DNA of 9,660 nt from Candidatus Nanopusillus sp. GTDB lineage: Archaea > Nanobdellota > Nanobdellia > Nanobdellales > Nanobdellaceae. The notes under the pieces are model-generated. The model ran no database searches and was not told where the DNA came from. It was given only the letters and a program-made list of their open reading frames with translations. Where the stretch lies: positions 1-9,660 of the forward strand of contig JAPWTZ010000015.1 of NCBI GenBank assembly GCA_028275775.1. Reading direction: 5' to 3'. Positions 1 to 5,497 of this stretch are shown one piece after another (the stretch's first letter is position 1; every line of letters starts with the position of its first letter). The position numbers were made by a program, and so were the translations under genes.

Positions 1-482
1 ACTTTATATCCTAAAGAATATACAATTTCTCCAATTTCATTGTTAAATACAAGTTCAAAGTTTCTAAAGCTTTTAGATTTATAATTAAATATTTCTTTTA
101 TTTTCTTTTTATGTAATTTTATTTGATTAATAAATTCTTCTTTATCAATTAAATATGCTAATGAATGATAGTAAGTTTCTGATACAATTTCTACATTTCC
201 AGTATCTACCAATTTTTTCCATAATTCTAAAATTTCTGGATGATATAGTTCTAATTGCTCAATTAATGTTCCTGAAATTGAAAATGATACTTTTATATCA
301 TATTTTGTAATATTATCATATATCATTTCTAATGCTGGTTTATAACATTTATATACAACTCTATCTAATATTCTTTTATTTAGATCGTCATTAAAATAAT
401 TTTTAGATCCAATATCAAAAAATGAATAATATCTTATTCTTCTTGGTTGATGCGCATGGAAGTAAAATACAAGACCTGTCAT
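1..482 (-). CDS. Glycoside hydrolase family 57 (alpha-amylase-like) protein, N-terminal ~160 codons; the gene runs off the left edge of the window
   Basis: Not in the supplied ORF track because it is open at the window edge. My reverse-strand translation from ATG at 482-480 is stop-free to position 1: MTGLVFYFHAHQPRRIRYYSFFDIGSKNYFNDDLNKRILDRVVYKCYKPALEMIYDNITKYDIKVSFSISGTLIEQLELYHPEILELWKKLVDTGNVEIVSETYYHSLAYLIDKEEF... An HxHQP motif a few residues from the N-terminus, then CY-P, SxSG-L-E-L and G-VEI...Y-H, matches the conserved N-terminal regions of GH57 enzymes. 160 stop-free codons is unlikely by chance at this AT content. The subfamily (amylase, glucanotransferase or pullulanase) cannot be decided from this fragment. 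Confidence 0.8.
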   Translation of the reverse strand, partial: MTGLVFYFHAHQPRRIRYYSFFDIGSKNYFNDDLNKRILDRVVYKCYKPALEMIYDNITKYDIKVSFSISGTLIEQLELYHPEILELWKKLVDTGNVEIVSETYYHSLAYLIDKEEFINQIKLHKKKIKEIFNYKSKSFRNFELVFNNEIGEIVYSLGYK

Positions 483-519
483 AAATATTTTTTAAAGGTA
501 TAACAATATAAAATTTAAT
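483..519. promoter_or_regulatory. 37-bp divergent spacer with two interdigitated TATA-like cores (GH57 gene leftward, glycogen-synthase operon rightward)
   Basis: Plus-strand TTTAAAGG at 491-498 starts 29 nt before the A of ATG-520. Minus-strand TTTATATT at 512-505 starts 30 nt before the A of ATG-482. This spacing matches the archaeal TATA-to-TSS distance if both mRNAs are leaderless. AT-rich background makes each single match weak. Confidence 0.4.
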
Positions 520-834
520 ATGATTGAAGTTGATGATGAAAAACAAGCATTTATCACTATTGATGGACAAAAATTATATGGTCTTCAAGATTTATTAATT
601 TGGTTATACAATGCAGATCAAGAAAAATTTAATTATCATAAAAATCATTTTCCTGAATGGATAAAAAATTCATTAAAAGAGGAAGGTTTATATGAAAAAA
701 TAAAAGAAGCAAAAGATAAGGATGAATATATAAAAATTATAGGAAATTTCTTAAAAACCCATGAAATATATGTAAAGAAAAAGTTTTCAAAAGAAGAGGC
801 TGAAATAAAATTTTCAAAATTATTTGGATTATGA
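520..834 (+). CDS. Small hypothetical protein (104 aa), first gene of the glycogen-synthase operon
   Basis: ORF track. Its TGA stop (832-834) overlaps the ATG (831-833) of the next gene as ATGA. The N-terminal half has a globular-looking pattern (FITIDGQKLYGLQDLLIWLYNADQEKFNYHKNHFPEWIKNSL) and the C-terminal half is K/E-rich and probably helical. I cannot assign a family from sequence alone. Confidence 0.6.
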   Translation: MIEVDDEKQAFITIDGQKLYGLQDLLIWLYNADQEKFNYHKNHFPEWIKNSLKEEGLYEKIKEAKDKDEYIKIIGNFLKTHEIYVKKKFSKEEAEIKFSKLFGL

Positions 835-1493
835 TAGTATCTTTTTTATCATTAAAAGGTGGGGTTGGAAAAACTACATTAGCAAATAATCTTGCAGCAT
901 ATTTAAAGAAAGAATATAATTATAAAGTATTAATAATAGATACAAATGGAATTTATTCTTCAAATTTAATATTTCTAGATAATGAAAAATTCTTTGGAAA
1001 TAAAATATATGAGGGAATAAAGGTATTACCATACTTTCATTTAAAAATTATAGATAATTTGGATTTTAATATTAATGATTTAAATTATTTGAAAAGATAT
1101 TATGATGTAATTGTTTTTGATGTTCTTCCAAATATAAATTATATATTAAATATTGAAAAAATATCTGATATAAATTTTCTTGTAATAAATCCAGATTTCT
1201 ATTCTTTATACGTAAATAAAAAATTATATGATCTTTTAGATAAAAATAAGGTTAAAATAATATTAAATAAATATGATAAGAGTATTGAAATAGATTTTAT
1301 AGAAGATTTATTTAATAAAGAAGTATATGCAATTATTCCAATAATTAAAGATTTTATTAATTATCAATTTCAATATCAACCAATTGCATTTTATAATGAA
1401 AAATCAAAGGCATTGAAATATATAGATGAGCTAGCATATTGTATAACTGGTAATAAAAGGAAAAGAAGTATATTTGATATTATATTTAGATGA
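831..1493 (+). CDS. ParA/MinD-family P-loop ATPase (deviant Walker A)
   Basis: Deviant Walker A with the signature lysine, SLKGGVGKTT (nt 855-878), lies 8 residues from the N-terminus as in ParA/MinD/Soj. It is followed by VLIIDTNG (switch I/Walker A-prime position) and a hydrophobic strand ending in Asp, YDVIVFDVLP (Walker B). At 220 aa it is typical of small ParA/MinD proteins. ATGA overlaps at both ends (831-834 and 1490-1493). Confidence 0.85.
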   Translation: MIVSFLSLKGGVGKTTLANNLAAYLKKEYNYKVLIIDTNGIYSSNLIFLDNEKFFGNKIYEGIKVLPYFHLKIIDNLDFNINDLNYLKRYYDVIVFDVLPNINYILNIEKISDINFLVINPDFYSLYVNKKLYDLLDKNKVKIILNKYDKSIEIDFIEDLFNKEVYAIIPIIKDFINYQFQYQPIAFYNEKSKALKYIDELAYCITGNKRKRSIFDIIFR

Positions 1494-3109
1494 TATTGTT
1501 TGAGCAATCTTGGGAAGTATGTAATAAAGTAGGAGGAATATATACTGTAATATCTACTAAAGCAAAATATATAAAGGAAAGATATAAGGATAAATATTTT
1601 TTAATTGGTCCATATAAAAATAATTCGGAATTTATTGAATTAGATCCTCCAGATTATATAAAAGAAATAAATTATCAATTGGATGGAATTAAAGTACATT
1701 ATGGATATTGGAATATTGAATCAAAACCAAATGTATTTTTAATAGAATTTGATGAATTTTTTAATAAAGAAAGAAATTTATGGAAATATAAATATTGGGA
1801 ATGGTATAAAATAGATTCTTTAAATTCAGATTTTACTTTTGATGAGCCATTATTATGGTCTGTTGCTGTAGGAATATTTTTAGAAAAATTGGATAAATAT
1901 TTTAATGAGAAAAAAATATTACATGCACATGAATGGTTATCTGGAGGTACAATATTATATATAAAGAAAAATAATCTAAGTTATAAAACAATATTAACAA
2001 TCCATGGAACAATTATTGGAAGAACATTATCTGAAAAAAATGTAAATGTAGAAAATGCATTGAATATAATAGATCCTGATAAAGATTCATATAGATTGGG
2101 AATAAATTCAAAATATCAATTGGAAAAACAGGCAATATTAAATTCTGATATATTTACAGTAGTATCAGATAATTTGGGAGAAGAAGCATATAAAATATAT
2201 AAGAGAAAACCAGATTATATAACATACAACTATATAAATGTAAAAGAAAAAGAATTATTTAATTATTATAAAATTTCAAAGAAATGGATTGATGAATTTT
2301 TAACATGGTATTTTTATCCATATTATGATTTACCAGAAAAATATTTACTAATATATACAATTGGTAGATATGAGCCATATAATAAGGGTTTAGATCTATT
2401 TATTGATTTGTTGAAATATTTAGATGAAAAGAAATTAAATACCATTGCATTCATTTTTGTTCCTTATATTATTAAAGGACAAAATAATGATATAATTAGA
2501 TCTTATAAAGAGTATATTAAATTGAAAGAAAATATAGAGGAAAATATTCATTTAATTATTAGATCTTTATATAATGGAAAAAATATATTGAATAAATTAG
2601 ATAGGATAAAGAATAGAAATCCGCCAATATGTACTCATGATGTAGAAAATAATATTATAATTGAAAAATTAAGAGAAAACAATTTAAATAATGATAAAAA
2701 TAATTATGTAAAAGTTATATATGTTCCAGTTTATCTCGGAAATGATATATTATTTAGTTTAGATCAAGAATATATATTACCAGCATTCGATTTTGGTATT
2801 TTTTTATCAAGATATGAACCTTATGGATATACACCATTAGAAGCATTGAACAATTTTGTTCCAATTGTTTTATCTAATAAAACTGGATTTTATAGAAACT
2901 TAATAAGTAAAAATATAAGTCATGAATATATAATTAATGTAGATCCAAACAATTTAGATAAAGAATTTATATATAATAAATTTTTACAATATTATAATTT
3001 AGATTTATATGATAAAATGGAAATAAAAAAGCAAATGTATGAAATATCTAAGAAATTTGATTGGAAAAATAATATAAACGAATATATAAATATTTATGAT
3101 TCTATGTAA
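1490..3109 (+). CDS. Glycogen synthase, eukaryote-type (CAZy GT3 family)
   Basis: Motifs are collinear with animal/yeast glycogen synthase as I remember it: EQSWEVCNKVGGIYTVISTKAK...YFLIGPY, HAHEWLSGG, TIHGTIIGR, KRKPDYIT, GRYEPYNKGLDLF, NPPICTH, VKVIYVPVYL, SRYEPYGYTPLEAL, and FDWK near the C-terminus. It is 539 aa with no long N- or C-terminal tails. Confidence 0.9.
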   Translation: MILFEQSWEVCNKVGGIYTVISTKAKYIKERYKDKYFLIGPYKNNSEFIELDPPDYIKEINYQLDGIKVHYGYWNIESKPNVFLIEFDEFFNKERNLWKYKYWEWYKIDSLNSDFTFDEPLLWSVAVGIFLEKLDKYFNEKKILHAHEWLSGGTILYIKKNNLSYKTILTIHGTIIGRTLSEKNVNVENALNIIDPDKDSYRLGINSKYQLEKQAILNSDIFTVVSDNLGEEAYKIYKRKPDYITYNYINVKEKELFNYYKISKKWIDEFLTWYFYPYYDLPEKYLLIYTIGRYEPYNKGLDLFIDLLKYLDEKKLNTIAFIFVPYIIKGQNNDIIRSYKEYIKLKENIEENIHLIIRSLYNGKNILNKLDRIKNRNPPICTHDVENNIIIEKLRENNLNNDKNNYVKVIYVPVYLGNDILFSLDQEYILPAFDFGIFLSRYEPYGYTPLEALNNFVPIVLSNKTGFYRNLISKNISHEYIINVDPNNLDKEFIYNKFLQYYNLDLYDKMEIKKQMYEISKKFDWKNNINEYINIYDSM

Positions 3110-3112
3110 TAA

Positions 3113-3120
3113 TTTAAAAG
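3113..3120 (+). promoter_or_regulatory. TATA-like core upstream of the 3143 membrane-protein gene
   Basis: TTTAAAAG starts 30 nt before the A of ATG-3143. The same octamer occurs 29 nt before ATG-9405. The gene could instead be co-transcribed with the upstream operon, since the gap is only 33 nt and contains no oligo-T. Confidence 0.3.
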
Positions 3121-3142
3121 TAATAAAAGCAAATCTTTATAT

Positions 3143-3811
3143 ATGACATCATTTGCTGATTTTATAATAAACTTAGTAAATGTATTAGGAATAAATTTGA
3201 TATTTGTTTTTCTATTCTATTTTGGAATATTATATTTTCTAATAAAATTTTTAATGGATAGTATGGTAAAAGCAGGTGAAAAAGGAGAAAAGAAAGATGA
3301 AGGAGGAGCAAAGAAAGACATATATAGTACATTAGCATTTATAATATCTCTTTCTGCATCAATATTATTAACAACATTTACTGGTTTTGCATTATATACT
3401 CAATATTTTGCAGCTTTTGTAGTTTCAATGATTTTAGTATTCTTTTTCTTTATACTTTTGGGAGCCTTGTTAACAAATGGTAAAATATTTGAATTAATAG
3501 AAAAAAGAATGTTTTCAACTGAAGGAAGACCAAGTAGTGCTAGATATATACCAGTAATAATAGTACTATTTATTATTTTATTTGCCTTATTAGCTATGTA
3601 TTATGCATATCAAAGTTATTTTTTACCATTAACTCTTGGTACATCCCCACAGGCACAAACTTATATAATAACTTTTAATCCTTATATATTATTTGCAGTA
3701 ATATTTTTTGTTTTAATAGGTATATTTTTAATATTCTCTGGTACTGGTGTTAGTCCTGAAGGTGGAAAGGGACCTGAAAAGCAGGGAGGAGATAAAGGGA
3801 AATCTGGATAA
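3143..3811 (+). CDS. Polytopic membrane protein of unknown function (about 5 hydrophobic segments, G/K/E-rich loop and tail)
   Basis: ORF track. There are long hydrophobic runs (INLIFVFLFYFGILYFLIKFL, FAAFVVSMILVFFFFILLGALL, YIPVIIVLFIILFALLAMYY, ILFAVIFFVLIGIFLIF). There are also low-complexity charged segments: GEKGEKKDEGGAKKD and the C-terminal SPEGGKGPEKQGGDKGKSG. I recognise no family. Confidence 0.65.
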   Translation: MTSFADFIINLVNVLGINLIFVFLFYFGILYFLIKFLMDSMVKAGEKGEKKDEGGAKKDIYSTLAFIISLSASILLTTFTGFALYTQYFAAFVVSMILVFFFFILLGALLTNGKIFELIEKRMFSTEGRPSSARYIPVIIVLFIILFALLAMYYAYQSYFLPLTLGTSPQAQTYIITFNPYILFAVIFFVLIGIFLIFSGTGVSPEGGKGPEKQGGDKGKSG

Positions 3812-4501
3812 TTATTTTTTTATTTCTTCTACTATACAACTATCCCCGCATAATTTTCCTATATCTGAATAAAATTCTGATAATAATCCAATTGGAATTT
3901 CTAATATTGCTTCATAATTTTCACCCCAATTTTCTTTTATAATTTTATATTTATTTTTTATTATTCCAATTATTTTGAACTTATTTGGATATACTATAAG
4001 TTTTATATTTTTATATTCAACTTTTAATGGATATTTTTTTCTTATTTCTTTTAAAACTTCTTCAGCTTGTTTTTCTACAGGTTTGTTTATATCTACATTA
4101 TATTTTACCATTTCAAATAATTCTTTTGCTCTTTCATATGTTAATGGCATATTGTTTTTACTATCATATGCTATTCTTCTTATATATTCAATAATTTGTT
4201 TTTTCTTTTCTTCAATTAATTCTCTCTTATATTCTGTTGGTAATGGAATTTCAGAATTTTCCAATATTTCTTTTGCGATTTCAAGAATATCTGTAGTTCC
4301 AAAAGCTTTCTTTAAAGATTCTGTTGATGCCCTTTCTCCTTTTTTAGAATCTTTAAAAATCTCTTCTACAGCCAATACTTCTCTTATATCCTTTATTTTT
4401 CCTTCTTTATATTCTAAAGCCTTTCTTAAATATACAATTATTTCAAAATTATAACCTTCTTTCTTATATTTTATACTTATTTCTGTATCCTTATCCTTCA
4501 T
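3812..4501 (-). CDS. sdo1: SBDS-family ribosome maturation protein (Sdo1 homologue)
   Basis: 229 aa, the typical archaeal SBDS size. The N-terminal FYSH-domain-like region is ...EVLAVEEIFKDSKKGERASTESLKKAFGTTDILEIAKEILENSEIPLPTEYKRE..., followed by helical and C-terminal ferredoxin-like portions. It sits immediately downstream of psmA, as in the conserved archaeal superoperon. Its start overlaps the psmA end by 11 nt. Confidence 0.85.
   Translation of the reverse strand: MKDKDTEISIKYKKEGYNFEIIVYLRKALEYKEGKIKDIREVLAVEEIFKDSKKGERASTESLKKAFGTTDILEIAKEILENSEIPLPTEYKRELIEEKKKQIIEYIRRIAYDSKNNMPLTYERAKELFEMVKYNVDINKPVEKQAEEVLKEIRKKYPLKVEYKNIKLIVYPNKFKIIGIIKNKYKIIKENWGENYEAILEIPIGLLSEFYSDIGKLCGDSCIVEEIKK
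3815..3821 (+). terminator. Oligo-T (T7) tract immediately after the 3143-3811 gene, lying inside the convergent sdo1 coding sequence
   Basis: Seven consecutive T at 3815-3821, 4 nt after the TAA at 3809-3811. Archaeal RNA polymerase terminates at oligo-T runs. The tract is also the antisense of the terminal Lys/Ile codons of sdo1, so it may simply be coding sequence. Confidence 0.3.
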
Positions 4502-5207
4502 ATAATTCTTTTATTTCATGATTTTCAAGTGTTTTAACTTTTTCTCCTTTCTTTACATATGATAATATTAATCTTTCATATGCAAAATTATTTCCCAAAT
4601 AATCTTTTAATACATCTATTCCAAATTTAATTGCCTCATTTAAATCCATTTCTTTATATCTTTCTTCTAATATTGGTGTAATTTTATCTTCACCTTCTCC
4701 AATTACAACAGCTTTATATCTATAGAATATTCCAGAAGGATCTAATGAAAATAATTTTGGTTCTCCATCTTTATCTATTCCTCCAATTATTAATGATACA
4801 GCAAAAGGTCTTACTCCTCCAAATCTTGTATAAGATTGCATTACATCACTTATTTCCCTTACTAATAATTCTATATCTATTTGTTTTCCATATTGTAATT
4901 TATGTTGTTGAGCAATTTCTCTTGCATAATCAATTAATACTCTTCCATCTGGTATAAATCCTGAGAAAGTTCCAATTATATTATCATCAATTTCCATAAT
5001 TTTTTCAATAGAATCTGTTATAATTAATTTACTTGGAATTTTTTTATCTGCAATTATTAATATACCATCTGTTGTACATATTCCAATTGCAGTTGATCCA
5101 GCTTTTGCAGCTTGTTTTGCATATTCTACTAATATTAATTTTCCTTCTGGTGAGAATATTGCCCATGTTCTATCTATTGGTCCAAATTGTCCAAGATCAG
5201 TTTCCAT
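4491..5207 (-). CDS. psmA: Proteasome subunit alpha
   Basis: The alpha-specific N-terminal helix region IDRTWAIFSPEGKLILVEYAKQAAKAGSTAIGI (compare the canonical YDRAITVFSPEGRLYQVEYA...GSTA.G). It is 238 aa with Ntn-hydrolase-fold motifs throughout (GGVRPFAVSLIIGGID, LDPSG). Confidence 0.92.
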   Translation of the reverse strand: METDLGQFGPIDRTWAIFSPEGKLILVEYAKQAAKAGSTAIGICTTDGILIIADKKIPSKLIITDSIEKIMEIDDNIIGTFSGFIPDGRVLIDYAREIAQQHKLQYGKQIDIELLVREISDVMQSYTRFGGVRPFAVSLIIGGIDKDGEPKLFSLDPSGIFYRYKAVVIGEGEDKITPILEERYKEMDLNEAIKFGIDVLKDYLGNNFAYERLILSYVKKGEKVKTLENHEIKELYEG

Positions 5208-5218
5208 AAAGATAAAGT

Positions 5219-5497
5219 TTAAGATATATTTAAAAAAGATTTTGCGCCTTTTAATGTTTTAAATATTTTAAAATTTTTTACATTTTGTAAATATAATAAA
5301 AAAATTATTTTATACAAATGTTTTTTGTTTACTGATAAAACTATCCTTTTATTTATTTCTATTTTATTTAAATGTAAATCATAATAATTTATATATCCAA
5401 AATATTTAATAAAATCATTTTTTAATTTTTCTTCATCAAAAAAATCTATTAAAATATATCTATTTTTAATTTTTAATGCCTTTGGTAATATTACCAT
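5219..5497 (-). CDS. rnp2: RNase P protein component 2 (Pop5/Rpp14-like), unusually short (92 aa)
   Basis: By-eye match to archaeal Pop5: N-terminal LPKALKIKNRYILIDF (compare LPPTLRDKKRYIAFKV in Pyrococcus Pop5, from memory), a central ...NKKHLYKIIFLLYL (compare RNHVYDVIFSLTL), and a C-terminal K-L-G-K segment. It occupies the Pop5 position directly upstream of psmA in the conserved archaeal superoperon. Its start overlaps the tfb stop as ATGGTAA. The low-complexity AT-rich sequence lowers confidence. Confidence 0.6.
   Translation of the reverse strand: MVILPKALKIKNRYILIDFFDEEKLKNDFIKYFGYINYYDLHLNKIEINKRIVLSVNKKHLYKIIFLLYLQNVKNFKIFKTLKGAKSFLNIS

Noticed and set aside
520-1493. The small ORF plus ParA-like ATPase read as a plasmid/chromosome partition (ParAB) cassette or a mobile-element marker
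   Set aside because: The small protein precedes rather than follows the ATPase and shows no ParB-like helix-turn-helix or ribbon-helix-helix pattern that I can see. There are no centromere-like direct or inverted repeats in the 37-bp upstream spacer. No integrase, replication or transposase genes are nearby. The ATPase is translationally overlapped with a metabolic gene and flanked by core housekeeping genes.
3975-4454. 159-aa plus-strand ORF antisense to sdo1
   Set aside because: It lies entirely inside a well-supported SBDS-family gene. Its translation is F/S/L/I low-complexity, the mirror image of a K/E-rich sense gene, whose AAA/GAA/AAG codons give stop-free TTT/TTC/CTT on the opposite strand. 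There is no TATA core at the expected distance and no recognisable motif.
4745-4957. 70-aa plus-strand ORF antisense to psmA
   Set aside because: It is embedded in the proteasome alpha gene, and its leucine/isoleucine-rich low-complexity translation is typical of a shadow ORF.
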